The notes beneath the pieces were generated by a model. The model was not told the DNA's origin, searched no databases, and worked only from the letters and a program-made list of their open reading frames with translations. 64,000 bases of DNA from Octopus vulgaris (taxonomy: Eukaryota): assembly GCA_951406725.2 (NCBI GenBank), contig OX597824.1:89342001-89406000 (forward strand), in the 5' to 3' direction. The position numbers were made by a program, and so were the translations under genes. Shown here piece by piece: positions 25,826 through 40,462 of this stretch. Position 1 is the stretch's first letter. Every line of letters starts with the position of its first letter.

Positions 25826-26039
25826 TACGAGGGGGGGGGCTGAAAAGTTCCTGTCTTTGGGTAAAAGAAAATACAGGAGGATCACTTAACTACGATTTTA
25901 TTCAACGTATTCCCCTCTCAGATTCACACACTTATTGCAGCGGCCCTTCAGTTTTTCTAAGCCCTGTAAAAGAAGTCGGAAGGTTTGGCCTCCAACCAGG
26001 CCTTTCCTTAAAACTAGGACCATTTCAGCACCCCTCGTA
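25826..26039 (-). mobile_element. Mariner-derived MITE
   Basis: TA|CGAGGGG..GCTGAAA ... TTTCAGCACCCCTCG|TA TIRs with TA duplication; minus strand encodes [21 protein letters not shown], a mariner transposase C-terminus. Confidence 0.88.
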
Positions 26040-26088
26040 TACGTATATATATATGAGTTTATGGTTGTGTGTGTATACATAGATACAT

Positions 26089-26176
<88 letters not shown>

Positions 26177-26227
26177 GTATGTAATATATATATATATGTA
26201 TGTAATATATATATATATATGTATGTA

Positions 26228-26321
<94 letters not shown>

Positions 26322-26804
26322 TATATAGATATATACATACATAACTACATATCTCCCCATCAATATTTCTGTCTGTTTGTCTATCTCTTTCTTCTTTCTC
26401 TCCCCGCCCCCTCACTTGCAGTTCCTCCTTGTTCAAGAATAGGTGGGGTTACCCTGTTTTGCTGTGAATCAGACACTACACATCCCTTGACTACCATCAC
26501 AGAGCACCAGCAACTCTCTCAACCTCCTATATTTAGCTTCCTTATTATAGCATCGGCAAAGGGGATGCAGGGCACATTCTTGCTACGACAAGGGCTGCAC
26601 AAATATGCAGAGCAACGCACATTTTTTAGATGTTTAGCACTCATGCATAGGATAGCTACTTCATCTCCACAGATAGCAAAGTGAAAAATCTCTGTACATT
26701 ACGACTTTAAGTATGTTAGGGGCACACGTGCCATAAATATGGCGATGGGTTTAATTAATTTTCCAAAGAAAAATCCTAAAATCTTACTAAGCAAATGAAG
26801 TTCT

Positions 26805-27210
26805 CTCTCTTTTACTCTTTTACTTGTTTCAGTCATTTGACTGCGGCCATGCTGGAGCACCGCCTTTCGTCGAGCAAATCGACCCCAGGACTTATTCTTT
26901 GTAAGCCCAGTACTTATTCTATCGGTCTCTTATGCCGAACCGCTAAGCGACGGGGACATAAACACACCAGCATCGGTTGTCAAGCAATGCTAGGTGGACA
27001 AACACAGACACACAAACATACACACATATATATACATACATGTATTCGACGGGCTTCTTTCAGTTTCCGTCCACCAAATCCACTCACAAAGCTTTGGTCG
27101 GTCCGAGGCTATAGTAGAAGACACTTACTCAAGATGTTACACAGTGGGACTGTACCCGGAACAATGTGGTTGGGAAGCAAGCTACTTACCACACAGCCAC
27201 TCCTGCGCCT
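26805..27210 (-). mobile_element. Full-length SINE family A
   Basis: Homologous to 13255-13653, intact GGCGCAGGAGTGGCTGTGTGG head. Confidence 0.92.
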
Positions 27211-27585
27211 ATATGTCACTAAGCAAAATAAATGTTTTGCAAACAGCTTGCACATGCAAGTGCTATCAGTCGAGGGCTCCGTATACCTGAAGCCAGTAAG
27301 TGTATGGGGTCATCAGGAGAGAATGCGCGCCGTTTCTGGGCCTACCACTCGACGGCATCAATGCGTATCGCCCCCCCCCCCCCACTCACTGATATGAGGC
27401 CCTGTTTGCTAGATCAACTGGTTATTAAATAAAGCTCAATATTCTTTTAGCCATCACTCATCGTCTCTTTTGAAATATATCAATATATATATATATATTT
27501 ATATATTCATATATATATATATATATATATATACATAAATATATATATATTATATATATATAATATATATATATAATATATAATA

Positions 27586-27687
<102 letters not shown>

Positions 27688-27739
27688 CATATATATATAC
27701 TGATGCAAACACTCAATATATATAGAAGAGTCGATCCAA

Positions 27740-27932
27740 AGCCGGCAATTTTAGGAGGAGGGGTAAGTCAATTCCTTTGACTTAGTGCTCAGCTGGTATT
27801 TATTTTATCAACCCCGAGAACATGAAAATTAAAGTCGATCTCGGCGGAGTTTGAATGCAGAGCGTTGAAAGTCGGAGGAAATGCCGCTATACATTTTGTC
27901 CGGTGTGCAAACGATTCCACCAGCTCGCCGCT
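27740..27932 (-). mobile_element. SINE family B (diverged)
   Basis: Minus strand GCGGCGAGCTGGTGGAATCGTT head and CCGCCGAGATCGACTTT. Confidence 0.7.
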
Positions 27933-28464
27933 TCACTGCCTTAAAAATAGCATGTTCCCGAACTGAGAATCGAACCCGATGCGGTTGGGTGCGAAGACAT
28001 AGCACGGCAAGTCCACAAGAGATGTTATCTCGGGACAAATACTGCAGTAACTGGCCTATCAACTGCGTGTATACATTCAGTATGATACACAGGCGGCTAT
28101 TTTAATTAAATACAGCCACAGTTACTTATATAGCATAATATAAACACGTTTAACCGATTGCACCGAACCGCCTGCAGTCAGTCAAAGTGAAGTCTTGTTC
28201 TGGAGAGCGACAGCCTGAAACTCAGCATAAACAAATGAAAACACGGTTCTACGAGGGTGTGTATGCATGTATGTATGTATGTATGTATGTATGTATGTAT
28301 GTATGTATGTATGTATGTATGTATGTATGTATGTGTGTATGTATGTATGTATGTATGTGTGTATGTATGCATATTTTTATGTGGGTGTGTGACTCACAAA
28401 CACATTTATATATACATAAATACATTACGCAAGCATAAGTAAATACGTGTGCATGTGTATAATA

Positions 28465-28529
<65 letters not shown>

Positions 28530-28659
28530 ACACACACGGCAGAGAGAAGAGAGATTATTGCGCATTTCGAAATTGCGCAAAACATTAATTCCCAAAACAT
28601 AAACGTTATTGCAATTAGTATGTTAAGTCTTAACGGTGTGTGTGTGTGTGTGTGCGCAC

Positions 28660-28721
<62 letters not shown>

Positions 28722-28722
28722 T

Positions 28723-28754
<32 letters not shown>

Positions 28755-28945
28755 CGCACATCTATATATATATATACACATATATATATATATATACATA
28801 TATATACATATATATATATATACATACATATATATATATATACATATATATATACATATATATATATATTGATACATACATACATATATACATACACACA
28901 TATATATATATAAATTGGTAGTGAGGGATGGTAGAGAGAGTACTA

Positions 28946-28992
<47 letters not shown>

Positions 28993-30779
28993 GTGTACAC
29001 TCACACATAAATATGGAGAGGGTGAAGAAAAGGGAATAGATTGTGGCGGCGGGGGGGGATGTTGGTGCACAAAAGGCGGTTATTAATAATATTAAATAAA
29101 AAAAACCCAACCTAACAATACATTTCTATTGCTATACCATAAGGTAGAAAGGAATGTTAACTCGAACTCTTAATCCATCGCACATGCCACCACCGTCACC
29201 ATCACCACCACCACCACAACCACCACAACCAAGAAGAAGAAGAAGAAGAAGAAGAAGAAGAAGAAGAAGAAGAAGAAGAAGAAGAAGAAGAAGAAGAACA
29301 ACAACAACAACAACAACAACAGCAACAACAAATCATTCCGTGCCACCGGCATTACTTGAGCCAACGATGAAGCCTCTCGGTGGTCGCCTGACCTGTTAGA
29401 AATAAGAGCAGAATTTCAATTACGCCCACTGACTAAGAAAAGTAACTGTAGGACAAGGGGCCCGGGACAAGTCAATGTACGGGCCCCTAAAGTGACACCC
29501 ATATTTAGATCAGCTCTATATTGTCAGAAACGTGAGTGGCCCCTTCCCCGAATAACCCAATGCGTTAGGCACTCTAGTGTTTATTGAGTGACAGACACGG
29601 GATATATACACCATAAATGGGGCCGTTGCTCTGTCAGGCCCCTGGGAACTGGCCTGTAGGTCCATGCCTTAAGATAGTACAACCTCTGGGTCTGCCCAAT
29701 CAGGGTTAATCTGGGGTTAAACAGTAGCCAATGACATTCCGGTCAGAGAAGGAGCCAGAATGCTACCACTCGACTTACTTGAAATAGCAACCAAATCTCA
29801 CTCAAGTTACATTACACTGTCTTTTGAAAGGAAACATTTGTGGGTTATTGGAAGGTCTTTGGTCAAAAGGCTACTCAATCAGGGCTGACTAGGGGCTAAA
29901 CAACATCTGGAACACTACCATCCATCAAAAGCCGTGTACCTCGTCTGAACGAAGGGACCTCTACATATACTGGCTTGATCTTACTTGAAGCAACACCTTA
30001 AACTTTTTTAAAATAGTGAGAGATATTTTGGACTATATAGTCCCTAGAAAGGCAAGAAGAGGAATGGTCACGGCTGGAAACGCCCTCCAGCATAGATCTG
30101 CTCGATCACTAACGACTTATAATTAAACAACACCGATAACAACCAGTGTTGTATCGCCAGAAATGTAGTAGCTACCACCGCCATGACCATCATACACAGC
30201 CACTAGCAGCAGCAGCACCACGAGCACCACAACCACCAACACCACCAGTAACACCACCAGCACCACCACCACTACCCGCACCACTACCACCACCACCACC
30301 ACCACCACCACCACCACCACCACCAGCACAAGCACCACCAGCACCGCCACCACCATCACCACCACCACCACCATCACCACCACCACCACCACAAGTAGCA
30401 CCAGTAGCACCACCACCACCACCAAGACCACGAGCACCAGCACCACCACCTCCACCAGCACCAGCACCACCACCAGCACCACCATCACCAGCACCTCCAC
30501 CACCAACAACAACATCACCAGCACCACCACCACCACCACCAGTAACACCAGCACCACCACCACCACCAGTAGCATTAGCAGCATCACCCACAAGATCATT
30601 TAATTCCCATCACCTCCGCCGCCGCCGCCACCATCACCTTCAATGTAAACAACCTCATTTCTTCCAACACCGTGACACGCCCACCGACATCATTTACTCT
30701 GGCAACATCACCAGAAATACCATAAGACCACCATCTTTACCATCACTACTCTCTCCCCTCCCGCACCGTTCCCCCCACT

Positions 30780-30812
<33 letters not shown>

Positions 30813-31679
30813 GTCGTCATCATCATCAATCTTATTCCCACCACTGCACTCAACAGCCTTAAACCTCAACCATGAATCTGTCCTGCAGACACCACTGACA
30901 CCACCACCGGCGATACCATTCACCACCACCACCACCACCACCACCACTACGCACCATCATTATCACTGCCACTAACTAACACCGCCGATACCATTAGCCA
31001 TCGAAACGTTCAACGCCACCAACACCACCACCATAGCCATCACCGTCAACACGATTCATAACGACGACCACCACCACTGCCACAACCATGGCCCACAACC
31101 GCCACCACCACCACCGCTGCCACCACCACCACCACCACCACCACCACCACCACGCTACCACCGCCACCACCGCCACCACCACCACCACCACCACCACCAC
31201 CACTTGCTTCAGCATTGCTACCTTTCAGCCCTCAACCAATTCCAGTTCTTAGCCTCTCCTCCGCGCTCTCCAGCGATTACAGTTTTATTGCTAACAGCCC
31301 CTCGTCGTTATTCCCACCATTAACATCACCACCACCACCACCACCACCACCATCAACACCACTGCCCCACCCCCCGGAAATCAACAGTAATTCCCTGCTC
31401 CCTTACCCCACAGTCTCATTATTCAACGGTTCACCTCTGTCATCAACAGATGGGTGTGAACGTTTTGAATATTTCAAGTTTGAAGAAATCAGTGAACTGT
31501 TTAATTTAGTAAACGAAATATAAATGTTTATTATTAAACGCGATAAACACATATATACAAACATACATGCATACATACATAGATACGTACATACATACAT
31601 ACATGCATACATACATACAGACAGACATACATACATATATACATACATACATACATACGTACATACATACAAACATACA

Positions 31680-31713
<34 letters not shown>

Positions 31714-32184
31714 CGTACATACATACATAAATACATACATACATACATACATACATACATACATACATACATGCATACATACATAAATAAATACATACAT
31801 ACATACATACATACGTACGTACATAGATACATACATACATACATACATACATACATACATACATACATACATACGTACGTACGTACATACGTGCGTACGT
31901 ATGTACATACGTATGTACATACGTATGTAGCCCACCGTGTGTTTGCAGTGCCAGCGCTCATACCAACATTTGGGCGGCTTGATTGGACGCATGATGTGAA
32001 AACCTGAAAAATACTAAAAAGCAAACATAATTTTCACATAGACAGTTACGTAGACCTCGTCCACCTAAAACGAAAACAAGGTGGAAGAGGCTTAACATCG
32101 ATCGAAAATGATTTATATGTCGCATCATATCCCTTCGCCAACATCTTTTAACTACCAAGTGTTGAAGTGCATCCTTTGACCAAG

Positions 32185-32667
32185 TTTGATAACATCACAA
32201 GACTTGGAATGCAGGAACAGGTAATATCAATTGATGCACAAAAGGGATAGAAATGTGACAACCAATGCAGACTTTGTGGAGTTCACACAGAAGATATCAC
32301 CCACATCATAAGCAGTTGTCCAAAAATGTCATCAAGGTATTATCTGTCGATGAGACACGATGTTATAGCTAGGACACTCTATAATGAAATAAGTCGGAAG
32401 GATAATCCCGAGGACAAAGAAATAAGAATCCACAATATGGTAGAAGCCATAGCCACTCATAATAAAAAGGAATACTGGTGGAATGTCCCAGTGAAGACCT
32501 CAAAAAACTGTAAGCGCAACAGATCTGATATAATAACTTAAGATAGAGAAAAGAAACTGTGCACAGTTGTGGAAATTATCTGCCCAGCGGATGTTAACAT
32601 AAAGCTGAAGATCAGTGAAAAAGAGAACACCTATGCTGAACTATTGAGAAATCCGCAGTTACTCTAA
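32185..32667 (+). mobile_element. Decayed R4/Dong-type fragment (CCHC knuckle + RLE)
   Basis: QEQVI...CRLCGVHTEDITHIISSCPKMSSRYYLSMRHDVIA...YWWNVPV...NRSDII...CTVVEIICPADVN...EKENTYAEL with internal stops. Confidence 0.85.
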
Positions 32668-33104
32668 AAAATTGCTTTGTAATATACATTTTTCCCTACA
32701 AGTATGGAGTCGTCTTCTGCAGACAGCAAATTGAAGGGAGCAATGGCAGCTGACTCACAAAGACAGATGCAGCACGTGTAAGGGGCGGAAAACGATTTTC
32801 AGTCGTTCAAAGTTTAAATAATTGCACTACTGCTTCAGCGACAAGCAACAGCAACACAGCAACACAACTACGACGACAACAACAACTGCAATAGTATCAA
32901 AGATGGCATTATGTTCATAGAAGGAGAGGCAGTATTTTCACCGTTCGCCTTCCTTTGGCCGGGAAGGGCAGGCAGTGTTTATCTGTCTAGTGGCCTTAGC
33001 GAAAGAAATTGTGTGGTGGATCAAAGACTGAAAGATACAATATTTCGCCGTTGTTGCGGCTTATCAATGTTGCGTTCTCCTGTCACTTCGGATGGCTCGG
33101 AGTG

Positions 33105-33137
<33 letters not shown>

Positions 33138-33267
33138 GCTACTACTGCTACTACTACTACTGCTACTACTACTACTACTGCTACTGCTGCTGCTGCTGCT
33201 ACTACTACTACTACTACTACTACTGCTGCTGCTACTACTGCTGCTACTACTACTACTACTGCTGCTG

Positions 33268-33344
<77 letters not shown>

Positions 33345-33423
33345 GCTACTGCTGCTGCTGTTACTATTACTGCTGCTGCTACTGCTGTTACTACTACTAT
33401 TATTACTACTACTGCTACTGCTG

Positions 33424-33458
<35 letters not shown>

Positions 33459-33672
33459 GCTGCAGCAACTACTACTACTATTATTACTACTACTACTACT
33501 GCTGTTGCTACTACTACTATTACTGCTACTGCTGCTACTGCTGCTGCTGCTACTACTACTACTACTACTACCACTACTACTAGGATGGGCAGTTTTTCAT
33601 CATACGTCAGCTGCTCGATCGATGGAGATACCTGGGGATTAAACAACAAGAACAACAAGAACAAGAACAAGG

Positions 33673-33723
<51 letters not shown>

Positions 33724-34258
33724 GCAACGACAACAACAACAGCAGCGACAACGCCAATGGTGACTGAATCCGTGGTTCAGAACTCGCTGGCCAGAGACGT
33801 CTTCCACATTTCATCACACAACGCCATTAAATTGAGTGAAACGTGTTGTGTGACGTGGGAAGGGGGGGGGTTAACATCCATAATTAATGTAATAAACCCA
33901 GAAATACTAATTAATCAGATTACAATTCGTCGTTTCGTTTAACGATATATATTTTCTCTCCTCACAAAAAAAGTGTTGCTTTAATTATCATAATTAATTT
34001 TTCTTATCTCATTACATTAATGGCACTAGCACTAACCTAACTGTTTGTATTTCATGCAGCGGGCGTCTCTGGGCACTTCGCCCTCGACAACCCTTCTTCT
34101 GTTGATATATGTACGATGGAGAAGAAGGTGATTGGTTACTCGACTTGCTAGAAATAGCAAGCAAATCACATTGCATAGTATAATCTTAGGTGGACTGAGT
34201 AGGAATGGTTTAGGCCTGAAAATCTGTTTCGTAACAGAAATAACGACTAAAAACTCTT

Positions 34259-34303
<45 letters not shown>

Positions 34304-34697
34304 ACCGTCCCGGAAGCTCTTAAACGGCTACCATATACTGAGATGAATGCGCCGACGGAAATCCGTTGATGTCCATAGGACATTCTCAGAGTGGACAGCA
34401 AATTCCGCTATTTTTCATAGGGACAATTAGAAAGGAAGAGAAGAAGGAAAGAAGGGGGCGTAGAGGAACTGACAGAATATAAGGGTTTATGAATGGATGT
34501 TGTTATTGTTGTTGTTAAAGTTGTTTAAAGTTATTCTTGCACATAGGAAAAAGACGATATGGTTGTAGCCAGAATGATCATGATCCTTGATCGTAGAACA
34601 ACTCGTTTAGGACTGACCTGTGGTTAAAGTACAACAATAATAATAACGACAAGACAATGCACACACACACACACACACACACAAATATAACTAATAG

Positions 34698-34809
34698 TGG
34701 GTTCAGTGTCACTGTGTGGCACCTTGGGCAAGTGTCTTCTGCTGTAGCCTCGGTCCGACCAAAACCGTGTCAGTGGATTTGGTAGACGGAAACTGAAAGA
34801 ACCCCATCG

Positions 34810-34871
<62 letters not shown>

Positions 34872-35347
34872 TTAGATAAAACGTAGATATGTTTTGACCA
34901 AAGATTGGTCCAGGCCATGTCTAACTTAATAGCACGACCTGATAGGGTTATCTAAATCCTGTTTATGTCAAGTTTTATTTATGGTCCATTCAAGTAGTGA
35001 GTTCTTGTTGAGTGGGTTGTAGACTTTGTTTTTCAATCTATTATAGCCTCGGTTCGATCAACGCTTTTTGATGGATTTGATAGACGGAAACTGAAAGAAG
35101 CTTGTCGTATATATATATTTATATATGTGTCTATGTGTGTCTTTCTGTCTGTGTTTGTCTCCCCACCATCGCTTGACAACCAATGTTGGTGTGTTTACGT
35201 CCCCGAAATATAGCGGTTCGGCAAAACAGACCGATAGAATAAGTACAAGGCTTACAAAGAATAAGTCCTGGGGTCGATTTGTTCGACTAAAGGCGATGCT
35301 CCAGCATAGCCGCAGCCAGATGACTGAAACGCGTAAAAGAGTAAAAG
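34698..35347 (+). mobile_element. SINE family A pieces (34698-34812 and 35040-35347) either side of the CR1 tail
   Basis: GGCACCTTGGGCAAGT head portion; second piece carries GACGGAAACTGAAAGAAG through to the CAGCATAGCCGCAG tail. Confidence 0.8.
34869..35022 (-). mobile_element. CR1-type LINE extreme 3' end
   Basis: Nearly identical to 14140-14280 (GACCAAAGATTGGTCCAGGCCATGTCTAACTTAATAGCAC). Confidence 0.85.
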
Positions 35348-35710
35348 ATTGTTTCCATTACATGACACACACCCCTCACACGGGTGGTCATAGCTCACAG
35401 TTCTCGCAGCTATTGTTCCTGTGAATCTAGAAAAACGTATACGACCGACCCAAGGAAAGCAGCGAGCTGGCAGAGTCGTCAGAGCGTCGTACAAATAAGC
35501 TTTGCGGTATTTCTTCCGACTCTTTATGCTCCGAGTTCAAATCCCGCCGCGGTCAGCTTTGCTTTTTCTCACTCCGAGCCAACCGAATAAGGTACCAGTC
35601 CAATACTGGGATCGATGGTATCGACTCCTCCTCCTGACTGTTTTTCAATCTTACAAAGTAACAGGTGTTATAATCACATATATATATAAAATCAAACACA
35701 CACACACACA

Positions 35711-35762
<52 letters not shown>

Positions 35763-36744
35763 TATCCATACATAATAGGTCAGTTCAGCTGATGTCTATA
35801 TTAGAAAATTACCAGTAATATGTCGTTCGTGTATAGTGATATTACGATCATGAAATTAGCATTAGATTATCTTACTCTTTCTTGGGGAACCCCTAGAAAC
35901 CTTTTGCAGAACCCTGGGCTTCCGAAGAACCCCGGTTGAGAAACGCTGGCTTTAGATATGCTACAAATGGGGAAAAAAACTGGATTGCCACGTTTGGAAC
36001 TGCTTCGTCATGGATTTGGTCAAATCGTTTTTCAAAAAGGTTAATACGATCGATGTTAATTCTGAAGATTAGCTTAACATACTCAAAGACACAGTAGCAA
36101 AAGCAACGAAAATTTTGGAAGAAAAATTATAAATAATAAATGAATGGAAATCGAACCGATGAGTGTGTTAGATAACAAAGCATTAAGACAATATGACCCT
36201 CCCCAGACACAACATACTTAAAGATGTTATATGGGATTCAAGAAGTATTACATGCGATGAAGAATTTATTCCGTGGAATTTATGTGGTGTTGCACGGATG
36301 AAGAATATATAAATGGGATTATGATATACATAATGTGGAATGCAGGATGTACTGTGTGAGGTCCAGTATGACAACAATGGACATTAGTTCTGTGTAACTG
36401 ACAACGGATGTCCAGCTATGTCACAGAGGGCATATATTACATAAATGGCTGGAAAACGGATGTCGGAGTGAAACCGTTGACATATTTTAAATTTTATCCT
36501 ACTCAGCTGTACATTCATATGACGTACACCTCTTTGGAATAAGAACGTCTGATCACCAATCTGAGTCAGCATGAAACATCGGAAATACGATGTTACAGTT
36601 ATATTGTGAATAGCGCCTACATTCCTAAGAGAAACTCTTATTCAGAGAAGTAGTCTCTTCTCAGTGAATGTGCCCTGTCCAAACCGTTAGTCATCTACTT
36701 CATCTAACTGTTTAGAATGTTTTCTCAATTCCATCTCGATCACT

Positions 36745-37137
36745 CTTTACTCTTTTACTTGTTTCAGTCATCTGACTGCAGCCATGCTGGAGCACCGCCT
36801 TTAATCGAGCAATTCGACCCCGGGACTTATTCTTTTGTAAGCCCAGTACTTATTGTATCAGTCTCTTTTGCCGAACCGCTAAGTAACGGAGACATAAACA
36901 CACCAGCATCGGTTGTCAAGCAATGCTAGGGGGACAAACACAGACACACAAACACACACACGCATACATATATATACATATATACGACGGGCTTCTTTCA
37001 GTTTCCGTCTACCAAATCCACTCACAAGGCTTTGGTCGGCCCGAGGCTTTAGTAGAAGACACTTGCCCAAGGTGCCACGCAGTGGGACTGAACCCGGAAC
37101 CGTGTGGTTGGTAAACAAGCTACTTACCACACAGCCA
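36745..37137 (-). mobile_element. SINE family A with 10-bp target-site duplication
   Basis: Homologous to 13255-13653; CTCGATCACT at 36735-36744 and 37138-37147. Confidence 0.92.
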
Positions 37138-37652
37138 CTCGATCACTTTTTGTTATAAGTCCTTGCGGTCAAGATTTATTTGTATATAACCTGACGAGCA
37201 AACGAGAAATGCGAAGTTACTATCTCGCTCAAATTAAACAGTCCAAAACAAGATGCACGTACGAGATAATGTAGACTTTTATTTATACAGAATAAAAGAA
37301 GGGTTGAGTTCAGTACAGAGATACTTTTGGTCTCAATGTTTATTCGTTCTGCGCTGAACTGGGCTCTAGCACCGACTCAGTGCGTGGACTCAACAAGGAA
37401 CAAAAAGAAGAAGGATTCATTGAATTCATGGGCCTGGCTACACAATGCCACAATGAAAGGCAGGATGGTCACAGTTGAAATGATTTCGATGACAGGTATA
37501 CTCAGTCATGGCTGTAAGTCCCTGGACATAATTGTTTTGAGTTGCAGGATCATAGAGCCGGCGGTTAGCTGGATTCCATGGCTCATAAGTGACCAAACTC
37601 ATAATATTCTCCCCTGAACGAGACGTCAGTCCTCCGTAAGGACATATTTATA

Positions 37653-38020
37653 GCTCAATGTCAGCTCGGCTCAATGTCAACTCGGCTCAATGTCCGTTCG
37701 GTTCTATGTCTGCTCGGCTCAATGCCAGCTCGGCTCAATGTCTGCTCGGCTCAATGTCAGCTCGGCTCAATGTCCGTTCGGTTCTATCTCTGCTCGGCTC
37801 AATGCCAGCTCGGCCCAATGTCTGCTCGGCTCAATGTCAGCTCGGCTCAATGTCCGTTCGGTTCTATGTCTGCTCGGCTCAATGCCAGCTCGGCTCAATG
37901 TCTGCTCGGCTCAATGTCCGTTCGGTTCTATGTCTTCTCGGCTCAATGCCAGCTCGGCTCAATGTCTGCTCGGCTCAATGTCTGCTCAGCTCAATGTCTG
38001 CTCAGCTCAATGTCAGCTCG
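37653..38020. repeat. 16-bp minisatellite with 80-bp higher-order structure
   Basis: About 23 units of GCTCGGCTCAATGTC(A/C/T); variants GTTCGGTTCTATGTCT and GCTCGGCTCAATGCCA recur with 80-bp period. Confidence 0.95.
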
Positions 38021-38319
38021 CCTCAGGCTTATTTTTTTTAGTCATTGTATTAAAACTGACAGTCATTTATTACTGATGTTGTAAACAGAAAATTATCAAA
38101 CCTACTTATTTTCTTATTCAAAATATATGGTTAGTGGCCCCTTTACAATGTAATTATCATTCCATTTGAAATGCAGCTGTATTAAAGAAAAGCAACAATA
38201 TGAACTTGTTTACCCCCATATCGACCCTCAAACATCGCAATGAGATACCGTGGGGCGAATAAATGTGAAAAAATTCTGTACAAATGTGCGTATAAGAAAT
38301 GTGTGTGTGTATATGTATG

Positions 38320-38360
<41 letters not shown>

Positions 38361-38377
38361 ATGTACTTACTGTGTGA

Positions 38378-38408
<31 letters not shown>

Positions 38409-38572
38409 TAGGGAGTGTCAATCGTGGGATGAGGTGCAGGTTTCACGTTGCTGCGTAAGCTTGTTTTTGGTTTCCTAAATATAGTCGGTATAAGATGTGT
38501 TTGCTTAACCTCCTTCGGTGTAAGGGATATGCAATATATGTATATGCATTATATATATATATAGAGAGAGAG

Positions 38573-38612
<40 letters not shown>

Positions 38613-38621
38613 TGATTGATT

Positions 38622-38669
<48 letters not shown>

Positions 38670-38683
38670 TAGATAGACAGATT

Positions 38684-38730
<47 letters not shown>

Positions 38731-38823
38731 TGATTGATTGATAGATAGATAGATAGATAGATAGATAGTTATAGATAGATATAGAAGACAGATTGAATAG
38801 ACAGATTGATAGATAGATAGATT

Positions 38824-38868
<45 letters not shown>

Positions 38869-38869
38869 G

Positions 38870-39009
<140 letters not shown>

Positions 39010-39544
39010 GATAAAGATAGATAGATACATAGATATATTTGTGTGGGCGTGTATGCACCATGAAAGTTCATGTATAATACGCACCACGATTTTGTAGCCT
39101 GAAAGTAGGAGATAATCTCTGAAAGAAAAGGAAGATAATCGCATAAACATGATTAGGTAGACGTGTACCCTATTAGTAGGAAAGGGAGATAAATATGAAA
39201 TTGTTTCACCCTTATTAGAAATTACCTGTATAATTATATTCAAGTTAAGTTGGCTTTTACATAAAGAAAAAAATGTTATAAAACGGTTTTTATCAGAAAA
39301 GATTTGAATATTTATAAAAAAGACAAAGAAAAAATTAATAAAATGAGCCTAAGGAAGCTAAAGATTGTCAACAAATTTATATTTTCCTGATGTACTCAGG
39401 TCTGTTTCGAAGGCCTTCCAATACTTCCTTTGTATATATGTATATATATATATAATAAATATGTGTGTATGTTTGTATGTGTACACACACACAAACAAAC
39501 ACACACATATATGTACACACACGGCAGGAGGTGCAGGTGAGGGC

Positions 39545-39680
39545 AGCTGCTTCGAACTCTCTCATGCACCAAATGTCAATTGCTAAAAAGCATTCGTGAA
39601 GTAAAATTATGTAGCAACACCAAATGGCGGTGCCCCAGCATGGCCACAGCTCGTGAGCTGAAACTAGATGAAATAAAAAA
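39545..39680 (+). mobile_element. Probable LINE 3' terminus sharing its tail with SINE family A
   Basis: GGCGGTGCCCCAGCATGGCCACAGCTCGTGAGCTGAAAC resembles the SINE A tail but upstream sequence differs. Confidence 0.5.
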
Positions 39681-39888
39681 AAAAACAAAAAACACAAATA
39701 CATATATAAGTATACACATATATAAAGTTAATCCAAACAAGAAAACACAAAAAAAAAAAAAAAACACAACAACGCGAGGACGTGGAACAAATAAAGTATT
39801 ATTGGACGCTCAGGAAAGAAGGGAAGATATGTATGTGTATCTATATCTATGTATCTATCTATCTATTTATTATATTGTTTATATTATA

Positions 39889-40275
39889 CTAGCAGTATCG
39901 CCCGGCGTTGCTCAGGTTTGTAAGGGAAATAACTATAAAGCATCTTTAGAGAGTTATAGCCAAAAAATAGCAAAAAAATGGAAAAAAAATTATGGTAAAT
40001 TGTTTTTTGAGAGTAAAAAAGGTTGAGTTGCGTCCCCTAGACAGTCTGTGGTTTGTTTTTTTTTATTCTCGACCCCATGTCGAATTTATCGATTTTTTTC
40101 AGAACTGGGGGAACTTTTCAAAATTTTCGCTGCGTTAGTTTTGAATTATGACATTGGGCTATGCGTGTGTCAAGTTTCATCAGAATCGGTTGAAAGCCGT
40201 GGTCAGGGTGAGGGTACGAGAAAACAGACACACAGAAACACGCACAGACAAACTGCCGTTTATATATAGAGAAGA
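39889..40275 (-). mobile_element. Non-autonomous Helitron
   Basis: Minus strand A|TCTTCTCTATATATAAACGG ... CCTGAGCAACGCCGGG (subterminal hairpin) CGATACTG CTAG|T: 5' TC, 3' CTAG, A|T target. Confidence 0.8.
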
Positions 40276-40462
40276 TTATATTTGAGGAAAAATCAAAACC
40301 AAGGCAGAACGAGTATCTCAAGTCATTTAGAATAATTTAATTAGGGTAACGTGAATTTGGAGTCTTACACTCGTTTCTGAGATAACCCGAGTGGTTTTGT
40401 TAGCATGTCCGTGCACTGGGTATTCCGTCATGAGAGACAAGATATGAATATTTTAAAAGGGG

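Noticed and set aside
28196-28233. Hammerhead-like tgtt-CTGGAGA-GC-GACA-GC-CT-GAAA-CTCAGCA-TA-aaca
   Set aside because: Stems II and III barely pair and no paralogue or TA-flanked element context; compatible with chance.
30123-31215. Long Pro-rich / Gly-rich / Val-rich ORFs resembling extensin or formin FH1
   Set aside because: Degenerate (CCA/CAG)n tract open in several frames on both strands; no flanking domain or splice signals.
33009-33817. Thr/Ala-rich mucin-like or antifreeze-like ORF (252 aa)
   Set aside because: Composed of (CTA)n/(CTG)n/(CAA)n tracts; no signal peptide or non-repetitive domain.
37653-38020. Possible CRISPR array or repeat-protein exon
   Set aside because: No unique spacers, no cas genes, eukaryotic context; 16-bp period is not a multiple of three.
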